NCBI GenBank assembly: GCA_002633005.1
Contig: NMRA01000404.1
Location: forward strand, 352,085 to 416,084
Direction: 5' to 3'
DNA length: 64,000 nt
Source of the DNA: Phoronis australis
Lineage: Eukaryota > Animalia > Phoronida
This document shows, one piece after another, positions 1-14,600 of this stretch (positions within the stretch are counted from its first letter, which is position 1; each line of letters opens with the position of its first letter). The notes beneath the pieces are model-generated. The model had not been told where the DNA came from and did not search any database. It worked only from the letters and a program-made list of their open reading frames with translations. The translations under genes and the position numbers were made by a program.

Positions 1-267
1 AGACAAAAAAAAGTTGATCACAACGACGATTGGAATTAACTATTGATCACAACTAATATAATAATGAAAGACTTTTAACTTCCGAAATACGTGCACCAAT
101 AATACCAAGAAGAATTTACCAGTTCCTTCATCAACCATGCACATTTGAAAACACGTTAAAATGCGCCGAAACAGTGGCGTGGTGAATGTCTTCCTGAAAA
201 TACTCATGCTGCAGGAGAATTATTTTCGTCGCCATCACTTTACCGGTATATTCAATTCCCTCTTCAG

Positions 268-3200
268 ACTACAATGTTGATCCTGAACACGACGCTGGTT
301 GTTCTTATGATGACGCTCGTAATCACTCAACATGGCGGCAAACCCATGTTCCTTATATGGATCGTGCTCATATTCGGTACCTTTAGTGGCAACTTTTCTG
401 TCTTCCCGACTGCTACCACGATGATGTTTGGATCAAAATACATACTTATTAACTATGGTATTCTTTTCACAGCAACCGTAAGTATCAAACGCAGTGTGCA
501 CGTCATTTCTCGGTACGTCAAGGCCTACAACCGTCGGGGAGGGGGTACAGCTGGTGGTTCCTTGTAGGGAGCTTCTATGAAAAAATACTTTAACGTAGAA
601 TTTTGTTCGAAGGACACTACCCTTTTGTAGAAATTCTTGTGCGGTAAATTCTAGGTCCCGAAGAGCAAAACATCTTTTTAAATGTTTAAAAGTGACACCA
701 CGTTGCTGAAAACTGAATAATTATTTCAACAAAAAATTTGAAAATGTAGATGATATTGAAAATCCTTCTGTAATTGTAGCGGGAAATCTGGCTTTTTGTA
801 GATCTTCGTCACGGCTGGGAAAGTGGTCGTGAAAGTCATCCTACTGAGCAGTAGGTCACGTATACCTCTTGACCTCGATGGAAGTTCACCCCCGGTATAT
901 CAATGCACATTATGCACGCCCGTAGCCGGGGGGGGGGGGGGGGTTCNAGAGGGTTCCCCGCGCAAAAGGTCCAGCCCCAGCATATCCTTTATGGATTGGA
1001 TACAGATGATCAACAACCCTAATTGTTGCAATTATTCCTGGCGCTGCTAACTACACTAATAACCAAGTTTTCCATATTCCTTCTGATTCAAAGTGTTTTA
1101 CGTATTACATCGGCCAGGTCGTACCCCGGCGGTCAACTTCGTCAAGTGTTGTGGGCACGCTTTGATTGTGTATTGATGGACGGACGTGTTTCGTTTTCAT
1201 TCTTTTAAATTAAATACTTCACTAGGCAATCCGATGTGTCCTTGCTCAAAAACCCGGCAGAAATTTAATTGACGTGTATGCTCATATTATTCCGACTAGG
1301 TCAAGACCTAATAAAATCCTTGGAATCTTGTAAATTATTGTCAGCGGTACTCGATGGCTGATTTCCAAGGTTACATGTCACTACACCGAAGGTTCATTAC
1401 ACCGAATGTTCAATATTCCGGAAGCAGCTCCACAACTCCGACAGTTTACTCCTCTGAATGCCTGGAAATGAGGCGAAACTGACATGGTAAAATACTGTGG
1501 CCTTGTCCACTCAGTAACAATTGTAAAGTGCGTGCAAAAGATAAACATGGATTGCATTTTGTGGAAATGAGTTACATTCCACGGCAATCACCAACAATCG
1601 TGAGTCTTGTGTGAAGCAACTCGTTCTCACTGAACAATATCAGGGTTACGGGTGAAGACAGGATAGGGTAGCCTTCTACAATTAATTGCGACCTGGTCGA
1701 GCTCGTGGTTTCGTTGCAGTGGGAGGGGTAGAGGGGCAGAGGATAAACATTTCGATTGCACAGTGAAATGTTGCCATATTGACACGGATTTGGTGAATTT
1801 ATCGTGATTAATGATTCATCAAAAACCTACTTCATATTTTCCTTTAAAACAACAAGTACAGTAGCCCAACATGGGCAAGAAATTAAATCCAAAGAAAGTG
1901 TTTTAGCTGTGCGTTGTTTTCGGCCTAAGTACACCACTACGTCTAGTAACAAAAGTATCGCGTATTTCTGCATACAGCAGTATCAAATAACATCTCAGTC
2001 CTAAGTTTCACACAGACCTATGTAGTACACGTCTGGGAAGTAGTCTCCACAACGAAGGAAAATACCCCCATCATGGCCAGGATGAGTACACCCAACGGCT
2101 TGTCTTGACTTCAATTATTTTCACTTGGCATCAGAACTAATTGGTGAAAAGATCTACGCATAAATATAAATTAAAATACTTCTTAAAATAACTTAGGTCC
2201 AGTGACAGAGAAATACACATTTATAGACCGATGAATAAAATTTTGATAACTTCAGTAACTGCACGTATCAGGCCCGTAGCCAGCACTGCGCGGGGGGTGG
2301 TTCGAGTTTCTAAAACTGTGACCTTTTGATTATACTTCACGAACGTCGACACTTGACTTTCCGGTTGCGCCGTTAAGCAGCTAAACTCGGCGAAAGGGAA
2401 ATCCGTATGCACGGCAATGAATCTCGTCCCAATTTTCCTGAGATATCAGACCAAGGGAACTCGTAATCCCAGAAACAATTATATCAAGGACCTTACTGGG
2501 CGTGCCCCAGCCAAACTCGGATGTGTGGTCCTGAAAGTTCTATTTTTGGATTACTAAGCGTTACCCTCCGCCAATCTTTAAAAGCAGGCGTACTCGAATG
2601 AGTGATTATGCCCCATCTCATACTCTGACATCGCACCTTTATTTAGTGGTCTGAGCTCGGACAGAGGAAAATGACGGCGGACATTTTATCAGGTTGTATT
2701 TCAGCGTGTTACTTAAGTTTCTCATACCGATGGAAATGGGAACATCCCATTACTCCGAAGATTCATTGACTCCGAATATAGGCCTAAGTTCCAGACCGCA
2801 GATACGCGGAGCTCGGGGGATTTTTTGTTTTAGCCTAATATTTGAAAACGTTGGATTTCATCAAAACCAACACTTGACACTGATATTCTTTTCGTCGATG
2901 TTTTCGTTTGCAGGTGGTCACAGCTCCAGTGGGTGCACTCTTGTCGATGACGTTACGGACAGTACTCGGTTGGTTTGGTATGTTTTGTCTCATGTCCGGG
3001 TTTGCCGGAGCAGGTACGTAGTACATGGAAATTCTGTTAACAGTAGAAGCTTAGTTTCCATGTATACATAAAAATGTACGTTTTATAGTCATAGTCTTGT
3101 CCGAGTGGTGCTACGTTTCGGGGTAAAAGTGCCTGCATTATAAAAGAATAAATTATTAACTGAACACTGAGAGAATCTTTTTTAAAACATGTCCCGTTAT

Positions 3201-3302
3201 ATTAAATTCTTCACGCGTACTTGTGCCTGCTCACCAGTTGTCTATTGTTCGTTTTCAGGGCTTGTCCTAGCTTATCTGTTTGACGACAGTGGTCAGCAAT
3301 GA
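268..3302 (+). CDS. 3' exons of an MFS transporter (oxalate:formate antiporter/YhjX-like); 5' part outside the window
   Basis: Exons 268-477 (ttcag|ACT...ACC|gtaagt), 2914-3013 (ttgcag|GTG...G|gtacgt) and 3259-3302 (tttcag|GG...TGA) join in phase. They give hydrophobic helices with the motif FSGNFSVFPTATTMMFGSKY..NYGILFTA, then VVTAPVGALLSMTLRTVLGWFGMFCLMSGFAGAGLVLAYLFDDSGQQ*, typical of the last helices of OFA-type MFS proteins. Confidence 0.8.
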
Positions 3303-5667
3303 GGCGGATACAGAACCTGAAGGGTGCACTATTCACTCCACTCCTTGTACGTGGGCTGCAGCGTTTTCTGTGCTCGTATTTGTTTCTCAAGGCTCGCTGT
3401 CCATGAACAGTCATAAGCCCAAACGAAATGTGATACACCTTTGTTTAAATACATAAAATTGGTAACTTCGTCTGCTTGTCGATGGATCCTAACAGCATCA
3501 AAGTTCGGGTAAAAAGTTAACAAGGACACGAGATTTGATTGCAGAGTGAATTTGAGATGGACTTGCATTCAAATGCAATGGGAATGTTAAAGTTGACGTG
3601 GGCGCATGTACAGTTCTTAGTACACTGTGGTAAACTTTTGGCAACACCTGTAGCTCTATTTTATGTTTATTTATACAAATACATCAGACACATGCATATA
3701 CCATTTTCAACAGGTGCCTATCTTTGGCTGAATCAGTAAAATACAACATATATTTTATATTTGAAAAACCCTGATATAATATTGAAGTTACATTCAGCTT
3801 ATTTTAACCCAGAGACCTAGACACATGTTAGTCAAGTTGCCATAAAATCCTCCAAGGAGTCATTTTGCCCTATCAGACTGTCTTGAGGTTATAAACAGAA
3901 CCATCAGACAGGTACATACCCGCTTCACTAAATTGCAACAGGATACCAACAAAATCTCTGGATGAAGTGAAATAAATGCCATTTTAATACAACTATACTT
4001 ATACACATGTCATAACACCTATAATAACAGCATCGTAAATGTGGTAGCATTTTTATGACAATGATACAAGCTTTATAGTGATGGGGCACACTTTAAAGTA
4101 CACAAGTATCCCTCGGGTAAAATATGATCGTATCTCTTCCCTGTTCATAAACCAACTTTTCACACCTTCTACAGCACTTGGACAGATAAAATATCCTTTA
4201 AGCAGTCATATTTGAATACATGCATTTCTAGGATTTCTGCCCATGCTAGTTCCCATAAGATACTAATATTTCAATCATGTGGCGACCTCTGCTGCACAAT
4301 TGTGAGATATCAACAGTAACTTCAAGCACATTTCACACTCACTGGTCACATAAACACGTACAACATAACCTGAGCTGGGTTCCATACACAGAAGAAACTC
4401 TAAGAAACGCACAGAGTCTTTGTGAGATATCATATTGCATTACAAACGAGGCATAGGGTCACTAGCTTTTCTCACAAGTGTCGTGTGACAACAGAACTCG
4501 GCCCTTAACATATTACACATTGTTTTCATCATCACAATCTTCCTGAAGTGTGAGAACAACCACGCCCCCTACAGTTTGTGAACAAAGATGCCACTACAGT
4601 TTGCGAACAACCATGCCCCTATAGTTTGTAAACAATCATGCCACTAAATCTAAACAACATTAGTGCCCATCTTTTTTCAAACTGCGGACACATTGGATAA
4701 GGTCTCAGTGTGCCACATGACAATTAAAACTTGCACAGAAGACATAAAAATACACGACATGGTAAGAGAGTCTTCTATATCCCACTTAACACACAATGAA
4801 TACTGTGATGAATACGGTCATTCCCTTGACATTGTTGACCCTGCCTGGACATTGAGACACCATAGATATAGACAACAGATTCACAACTCCCACATATTCT
4901 TGGGAAATATCCTAGAGGAGGCTCCAACCTCTAAAAATAGCAATCTCAGCTTCTGGCTAGTGTATTGTGATGGGAAATTCTTGCTCTCTAGTACAACGAA
5001 AAATAATTATTGAATTGCTATTCAAGGTCTTCCAATAGTAGACTCCAGACATTTTGAGAGGCACCGGCATGATTTTGAGCTTAAAATGAAACTTAAAGTG
5101 CAGTTGAAGTGTGAGATTGGCTTTTGAATAGGCCAGGTGATTATTTCTGGAGTATTAATATGAGCTTTATTTAAGAAGTAATAACGTTTTACATGCGTTG
5201 GATTTATTTAAACAACGATGTGAGTTAGGCAAAATCACCGATTCCCAAGGAAACGACCATGATTAGAAGACTAGCGGGAAGTAAAGAGTGCTATTTCTGC
5301 CAGGTGTCACCAGTGAATAATGACATCACGGATTATGTGTAAAATCACAGATTTCGTCCATTGAAAATACATGGAGTTTGCAGTCCATGTACTATAGTCT
5401 ATGGTGACACCAAGAACACATGTATACACTTGACCCCATATCAGTCAACACCAAAGTGTTGTTGGAAACAATGCGTAACATACCCAGCTGCAACACCAGA
5501 CTAATAAAAATCTCCATGGTTACCATAGCTACACTACACTGTCAGAGATGTATTAACAAATGGTGCATGCCAATTACACCAAACAAAATGATCTACTTCT
5601 CCCGCAACAGCTGGGTGCAAGTGGGGTCATCGTCATAGTATCCGTCCATAATAACCTGATGAGGAAT

Positions 5668-8600
5668 TTACTGGAAAGTTAGAGGTGAGAAGACCATAAG
5701 GTCACTAGCGACATCTTGTGTTGATGTCTGCGGTGGTGTGAACAGAAGATTGGCAGCCTGTAAGAGACAAAAACGACAAGTTAAGCGAGAATAGAATGTG
5801 ACAAGATTTGTTGGCTACTCAAAGGGTAGTTTGCTGACAACAAAGGGTAGTTTGCTGACAACAAAGGGTAGTTTGCTGACTACAAAGGGTAGTTTGCTGA
5901 CTACAAAGGGTAGTTTGCTGACTACAATGACTTCTGACAAGATATGTAGCCAATGACAGGTATGAATATTTTTAAACTTGTCTCACTTAATCCCACTGAA
6001 AAGAGCCTGTTATAGTCCATTGTGTTAGTAATATCTGTTTCTCATTTTTAGCCATGCAATTTGCTTGCGTGAAATGTTAATTTAAAACTACCAGTGACCT
6101 CAGTCTGCAGCGTCAATATTAGCCCTATTAGTGTTGTGAGGGTCATTTTCAGTCAGATCTTGAACTCCAATTTAACACTAATTCCTTTCTAGATACTTTA
6201 ATAAGAATGCGCATATATTATGTAAACATGAATTAAGCAACAAAAACTCAGTTATGTATAACTGCTGTTTACAAAATAACACACGCATTGTTGGGATGAA
6301 GTACAGATCACAAATTCTCCAAACTACTTCATATGACACAATCACCACAATACAGATCACAAATATTTTATCAAACTGGTAATGCATAGACGGCAGCAAG
6401 AAGTGGTCAGCTGTTCAGCAAGACAGTTTAAACATCAACTATCTGTACTTATCCCCTGGATGTATAGACATCGCCAGTTTGGCAAAACATCTGTGAAGTA
6501 TAGAGCAACAAATCTTGCATGGACTACTTTACCTGTGAAGATCCATTCACGTGTAAGTTAGCCATTTGTGTTGTCGGGGTGCCCCCTGTAGGAGGTGTGA
6601 ATACAAACTCACTGTTGACCAGATGGCTAGCTGTTGGAGAAAATGAAAGTAGTAACAACAACAACAACAACAACAACAACAATAACAACAGGAATCTGTT
6701 TCATGAAAAGTGACTTATAAGACTTACGACAGAAATTTGGCCTTACTCTCCACATAACTATTTCTGAAAATTAATTGAATCTCACTTGAGCAAAAGCCTA
6801 AGTCTCTGAGAATGTATATATAACCTGAGATAATTTTTATGTATTATTTCTAGACTGTGATGTGCTCGTTTTTGTATGGCTAAAACTGTGGATTGTGAAC
6901 ACAAGATCAACTGTCATGAAACAGAACCCAGTTAAATGCATGTTTTAGTGGACGTTAATGACTACTGTTACTTTATCACAATCCCCTGTCACTGACACAA
7001 AAATTGCAGTTTGAGTAAAATTACACTGTGACGTTTGTAAAACTTTGAGTTTAGAAGCCCACACTTGGCTTAACACAGATCCCCTGATACTTGGCACAGA
7101 TCCCCTGATACTTGGTACAGATCCCCTGATACTTGGCACAGATCCCCTGATACTTGGTACAGATCCCCTGATACTTGTCACAGATCCCCTGATACTTGTC
7201 ACAGATCCCCTGATACTTGTCACAGATCCCCTGATACTTGGCGCAGATCCCGATACTTGGTACAGATCCCCTGATACTTGGCATAGTGTAGTAATCAAGT
7301 AAATAATGTGTGACTGCACGCTACATTAGCAGCAGCAGACCTGAACAAAGTCAGCACAACACTGTCAACAAGACATACTTGGCCTGCTGAATGGAGTGCC
7401 AGGGAGCTTCTTGGAAGGGCTGCCCACCACGCTACTGGGACTGTTTGTAAAGCGAACACTCCGGCGCAGATTACGACTGGAAGACTTTGGAGTTTTCACA
7501 ATATTGCTGGATCGTCTGGGAGTCTTGCGCACACCTCTCAATGGGTCATCAGGTGTGGCCAGCTTACTCTGGGTGTGCTCTGTAACGGAACAAACTGAGA
7601 GGATAAATGTACAATTATAGACAGACCAGGGGCTCATAAACAGGGTACTAGGTATGATCATCATACCTCAGATTTTCACAGGTGCACAATTGACTTATGA
7701 TGGAGCCGGGCACTTCAGTATGAGCTTGTTCATCTCATAACAAGATAATCAAAACAGAATCACTTTATGAACATAACAGACGTGCTTCAGCAGTACTAAC
7801 CCTGTTCAGACATGCTACTCTGTGTGGGTACCAAGTACTTGCTAAAGAAGTCATCAGCGGGCTGCTCATCTTGTGAGAGTTCAAAGGTCGGAGCAGGTTT
7901 GTCATGTGATGAGTGCAGTTTCAAAGCAGGAGAGTTGTTTGACTGGAGAGGGGTCAACAAAGACTTCCTTGTGCTGCGACGAGGGCTGCAAGAAAAAAAA
8001 AACAAACCATCACCGTGAATCCAATCCACAAACGTTTCTACTGAAAACTTGTCAAATACAAACATTTCAAAACACTTGCAACAGTTAAATTTCGTACTTA
8101 TTATTATGATACTTAGGTTACACGGGTACTATGCAAAGTGGTAAATATATATCTACACACGTTTAATGACCAATCATGTGAAGCATAACTTGGGATATAT
8201 ATCTACATGCCTTTAATCAGTCAAGACAGAAAAGAGATACAATGATCATCGCTAACAGACAGTGTTTCTAAAAAAAAGAAAAACTGTAAAATGCAATTCA
8301 ATGTTTGTTTATACCTCCTTCTACAAGGTGTCGCCTCCAGACTGTCCGGCGTGAACACGTTAGTACGGAGGAACATATTGACAGGAGTCTGGAACAAACG
8401 ACATTCATGGTGAGATAACAAACCAACATGGAGTATGCAGCCACTAATACTGAAGACCAAGATACTCAATAACACTTCACAATAATACTTCACAATAATA
8501 CTTCACAATAACATTTCACAATAATAATTCTAGTAATAAGTTAAGCAATGTAAGCAACATATTTAGTGATCACAGATTACAAGTGTTTTCTCAGGACATT

Positions 8601-11600
8601 GGTCATTGAAGCAAATATTATCAACATAGCTCTATAGGTAACCAAAGGTCGCAAGTGTTTCCTCAATATATTGGCCATTACAACTGCTACAAACTCATCC
8701 TCCATCAAATAAATAACTTTAGATTCAGACCACTTATAATTGTCTCAACCTCTTCATCACTGAAAAAGTATGACAGAGCCAATCACTCACACTAGGAGCT
8801 GAAGTCCTCCCCGTTTGTTTGCTTACTGACCGTCGGCCACTTGTATTCAGGCCTGGGGTCAACTTGTTTATAGACCGGGTCAACACAGCCTTCCTCAAGG
8901 GACTTCGCACAGTCGGAGTGCCACCTATAGACAGAGTGTGAAAAATTACAAGGATCAGTATCACTATACTTCTATTTGTAGTATATTCACAAGTGAGATT
9001 GACGAGCCACAGCACACAATAATATCAAACCAAAACAGATATGGTGGTGACTGTTCTTTTGGTGATATCAGAAATACAACTCTTTAGTCCTGTGAGAACA
9101 CAAAAACAACTTCCCTTTGATCCAATTTTAACTTCAGATGTGTAAGACAGGTGGAGCTGACATAACCAAAGCAAACCAAAGTGTCGTAGAAAGATGGTTA
9201 TTGTATGATGAAGGACTTTTTACGTGAAAAATTTGAATAAATATTACACCGCACAACAGGCAATCTGGCATCAAAGTATAATTGTAAAAAATGTGAATTC
9301 TCACCGTCTTAAATCTCCATCCACATGTGCCCTGTAGGTGGCCCCAAACATTTGTTCGGAAATAAACTAGCGCCATCTAGCTTGTGCAGCAGGGACTAAT
9401 TATACTAAAACTGGTGTTAATTTCACATTCTGCGATTGTCGTCGACTATCGTATCTAGTAATTATTTCACAACTGTTTATGGATAAAAGACAACTTTACA
9501 CATAAACATTTCAAAACGCTGACCTTCACAATGAGGTTTTGGGCTCCGAACCGGGGAGGTGATGGCAAAGAAGCCAGGAGCCTCGAATGTTTTCACCTCC
9601 TCAGCCATTTGGGTCTTTTTCTTCATCTGAGCCCGGAATGCTGCAAACTTTGACTTGGCTGCAGGCTTGGTAACAGCAGGCTTGACTGTGGTGGTCTTCT
9701 TTTTCTGAAGGATCACAAAGTGAAATTATGACTAAGTGCCATCTTGCAAAAGTCAGCTTTGTGTGCTTTTTCTGGAGAAACATTGTATTTGATCATCAAA
9801 GCTGGTAACCAAGGAATAAATAAAAAGCTAAGACAGTATAATAAGAAATTAACCAGAAAATGCTTTCTGCTGAAAGCAAAGAGCATGTTAAAGAACACGG
9901 GCAACTCAAAGATTACGCTTATCTGACTTACTCATTGTGGAGTGCAGCAATAATAACAAGCCATCTGAGCCTGACTGAACTCTAAATAGTGCTATATATA
10001 ACAGGCAAGAAAGAGAACCACACCCCCTCTTAACAATTCACAATCACTCTGTTCTTCACTCACCTTGACTACCTTCTTTGGTTCGTCCTTGACCCAGTTA
10101 CGAGCCTTCAAAGCATCAAGGTCAGCGAACTTCTTGTCCACATCCTCTACCTATCATTGAAGAAATTCATCTATTGTCAGTTTACAATGACTCACACTAC
10201 ATATCAATGAATACATTCACCTATTGTAATGTAACGAATCAACAACAGATGGAAATAAATGAGAAAAAGTTAGTATGTTCTGATGACACAAAAAATCAAA
10301 ACAAATAATTTGACTCAAAGAAACATTCACAAAGGGAGATCTTATCAAGTTCATATCAATAACCAGTTGTATGAAACACACTGGGTGAGGGACCACACCA
10401 CAATAACCAGTTACATGAAACACACTGGGTGAGGGACCACACCACAATAACCAGTTGTATGAAACACACTAGGTGAGGGACCACACCACAATAACCAGTT
10501 ATATGGAACACACTGGGTGAGGGACCACACCACAATAACCAGTTGTATGGAACACACTGGGTGAGGGACCACACCACAATAACCAGTTATATGGAACACA
10601 CTGGGTGAGGGACCACACCACAATATCAACAGGTGAGGTAATACCGTGAAACTCCTCTAGACATCTAATCATGTAAAACCACAGCCTTGCTCATGTACAA
10701 CAACTCCATCATAATATTATTAGATTATTAGAGCACATCTGCTTGAGAGGTCAAGTACAATAAGTATCTCATAAAGTCAGGCTGCTGACAGACAAAATAA
10801 TGACATGGCGCCACTCTTACCTGGAAGTAAATCATGTCCCAGAATCCTTGCAGGTCAGAGCAAAGCGTTTCTTTCTCGCCAGTGCCGAACTCACAGTTGT
10901 CAACAAGGCCAGAGAATTGTTTGAACCTCTGGTTCATCAGCAGGTGTGCCTGTCCTATGGTGGTCCTAATCTGGCCAGTGACTGTGGTGAGAAGTATCTG
11001 GGTCATTGACAGAGCATTGGAAAGGGCAAGGTGGTGGCAATACTAGCTTATCAGAGTTTGCATTCAACGCAGGATAAATGCCCAAGGTTTTGCCAACATT
11101 GCTTTCAGACTATGAAGCAAGCACAGATATGGTTGCAAGTGACTATTTAAGTAAAACAATTAAATGGTATTCTTTCAAGTTTTAAAGTTTGAATTAAGGG
11201 GGTGTTAAAATTAGTGTTAGCCTGCTCTCAGAAGGACTATATGAGATTGAAGATTGCACAATAGTTGGTGAGACCATTACTTACTGTCATCAGACAAGTC
11301 ACTCTCATTCACCTGTGTCTCCCACTTGACACAGAGAGAGTTGAGACGTTCTGTCTCACTGACCAGGAGCCTCCTGAAGTATGCGACATTGTGTTCCTCT
11401 TCAGTCACGTCCATCAGGACCGGCTTGTCGTCCAAAATGGGCTTGTCATCCATGACAGACTTGTCGTCTATGATAGGTTTGTAGTCCACAACTGACTTGT
11501 CGTCCATAATGGCCTTTTCATCAGTGACAGCCTTGTTCTTCGTGACGACCTTGTTGTCATTGGCAGCCACATCGTTCCTGATGACCTTGTTATCCATGGC

Positions 11601-14600
11601 AGCCATGTCGTCCATGGCAGGCAGGTCATCAAAGTCCACGGGCAGTGGCTCCACAGATTGGCCTGTATAGAAACACTTTCTACAGCTTCATGAAACACCA
11701 ATACCTATCAAGATCTATTGTCCACAATGTAACTGTCATTCTCCACACAACTTGTGGCTCATTGAATGCATGTGCTTGTTATAGTTATATGTTTAGCAAA
11801 ATTAGATTTTTCCCCAATGAAAATTTCCATGAGTATACCATGTACATTACAACACACTTCTTACTGATACTTGTAAGCTTTTGTTTCCTAAGGTCATAAG
11901 GTTAATGTCTACACTGTGTATTATGCCAAATGACTTGTGTGTTCAGTGAACACTTATACCAGCCAACCTCATCTGAGAATCATTAACTTACCCGGGCTCG
12001 TCAACTTGGGCGTCCGTCGACGTGTCTCTACCATAGGGCTGTGTGTGATCACATCCATCCTGAAACACAGACAAACAACTGACCACTGGCTACTCAGATG
12101 GTCACTTGAATACAAACGGTGTGTATTGGACATGAATAGTCCGTGTCCAAATTTGTCAAATTCAGAAGTAGAATTTAAAACAGGACACACAGAATGATTT
12201 GCTTGTAAGCATTGGAAAGATTAAGATGATTTAAACTCCCGATTGATCGGTATTGCAAAGTCAAACGTTTATATCTATAAAGTAGCAGAGCAGGACTGTA
12301 ATACAGTCACATCAACCTCCCATCAGTCATTCTTACATTTTTGGGGTCTGAAAACAACAAGTATTGACCTCAGTGGAAGGTATAAATTAATGTCTTAATA
12401 TTCAACTGAATAGACTGAAACTCGAGAGCAATTCATCAGCAGACGGGCAATTGTGGGGAAAAAGCAATGTGACAACCTCAGTGCGTGTACTGGTAGCGCC
12501 ACCTACTGCACTGTAATGCACACATCAGCAACTCTTACTTTTCTTCAGGAGACATTGTCTGGAACCTCCTGGCCACCTGAGGTGTTCTCACCACAGAGGT
12601 CAGGGGTCGTTTCCCAGATGACCTGCCCAAGGTACGCCGGGGACCACTAACAGGAGTCTTGAAAGCTGCTGAGCCATTCTGCACTGTTTTAGTCTCGTTT
12701 GATGACACTTCGATCTTGTCAGTATGTCCGGCCTTGTCAGTATGTCCGGCCTTGTCAGTATCTTCTTTGGATTTATCAATCGCTGCTGAATCAAAATAGT
12801 TTCCTCTTAATGAAGAGACTTTAGTGTAATATAAAGGGATAATTGACAAGTGTAAGGAGCCACAATAGACTAAATATCACAATAGTAAAGAGAGTTGCAT
12901 AATGGCAATTAAATCTGTTTAGCAAACCTCTTCAATTCACGTGTATCCTGGATCTCAAGCTCTATCAATGGTATGGTGGCGTGTTGAAATTACTGGAGCA
13001 AATAAAATGCAAAATATCTCTTGGTGAAAGCACTAAAGGTCATCTTCATCTCAGCCAATCATAAACAAGGGTTTACATTCATCTCAGCCAATCATAAACA
13101 AAGATTTACATAGTGCAACAATTTAACTTATTAAAGGTTATTACTCCTCAACACAATGCAAAACACAATTGCCAAACTTGTAAGTTTTTCCACTTCTGCT
13201 AATGATAGCAAGTTTTGCAATATCACAGCTGTTGCGTTCTAACCATGCAATGATGAAGTCAATTTGTACTCCAAATATATTTTTTATCCAGAAAATGAAT
13301 GAAAAATTACAGAGTGACAGTAAGCAATCACGAACACTCTGTGTGAAAAGCACTGAATAGGGATGTACCTAAGTATATCCCTGCTGTATAGGTGTTGGTT
13401 GCCAGTGCGCGTACCCAGCTAGTGTTTGGGAGACTCTGGGTTTGATTTCAAGTTAGAACAAGTAAAATTTTTCAAACAGAAGGGCTCGACGCTAAGCAGA
13501 ATGTCAACTTGCTGAATGAGACCTTGTAAAAAAACCCAGGTGGGCAAATAGGAAATGAGGTCGCCAAAACGAGGATATCCCGTATGCAGGGGTGGAGAAG
13601 GTACGACTACCATAAACAACGCATAGTTGACTGCAGAGGAAAATGACAAAACAGGATATGTGAAATGAAGGACCAATGAATAGAGGGTATGCCCATTAGA
13701 ACACCCACAGAATGCCTGTGCAGCCTTTTTAGTCTAAACTGTTGGAATTCAATTGTGTGCTCGAGAATGACCAATTCTGCCCCTCCTGGCATAGTATTTT
13801 CCCCAAGCGTACCCTTTATCTAAGGGAAAAGCAAACGATCAGGGCCCATCTGTGCATGAGTTATGAAGCGAACATTATATTTTGTGCCAAAAATTCTGAC
13901 TTTCATCTGTACTTCCTGTACAGTGAGCACTCGCTCAGATGTGTGCATGGTGACTAAGCGACAACTTGGGATTTTTACAAGGTCGCTAAAAGAAATCTCA
14001 GGTCACCAAATAGAGTCCTGTAGAGGTAAATAAAGCCTATGTAATTAGGTGAAAAACTAATGCAGTGCTTTCCAAATAGAATTTTCATCATTGGATATTG
14101 AGTGCAGTGTTGAAGAGTATTCAGCCTACCTCCCAGTATAGCGCTTCATGGACAAACAAGAAAGCTAGACGCCACAGGATAATATGAGTATTGTAAAACA
14201 CCTTTTAGTATAATGATAAACCTACCTGGTGAACTGTGTGCTAGAGTTGTGGCAATAGGTGTTCTGGTCACTGTCACTGTGTTCAGCTGCCTTTTGGGTG
14301 TAGAACATCGTCTGTAGTAAAGCCAGAGTTAACACATACAGTGACCGCATGCAGTGACCGCACGCAGTGACCGCACGCAGTGACCGCATACAGTGACCGC
14401 ATGGACAGTTTTCACTCATTTTCCAGCAGTTATCGTTTCCACAAAGTGTGTAATTATTGGAAATGGTTGTTGCCATGAATACTAGACATGAGATGCATGA
14501 GGAATTTCTATTGTCGTTTTGATTAATTTTTTACAATTTTTAAAATTTTTTTCATTTTCCATGTGTATTCTATGAATGAACGTTATTTTTGTTGTTTTCC

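Noticed and set aside
6945-7319. Repetitive ORFs on both strands
   Set aside because: They are translations of a 21-bp intronic minisatellite; the DLGAP5 model is in phase without them.
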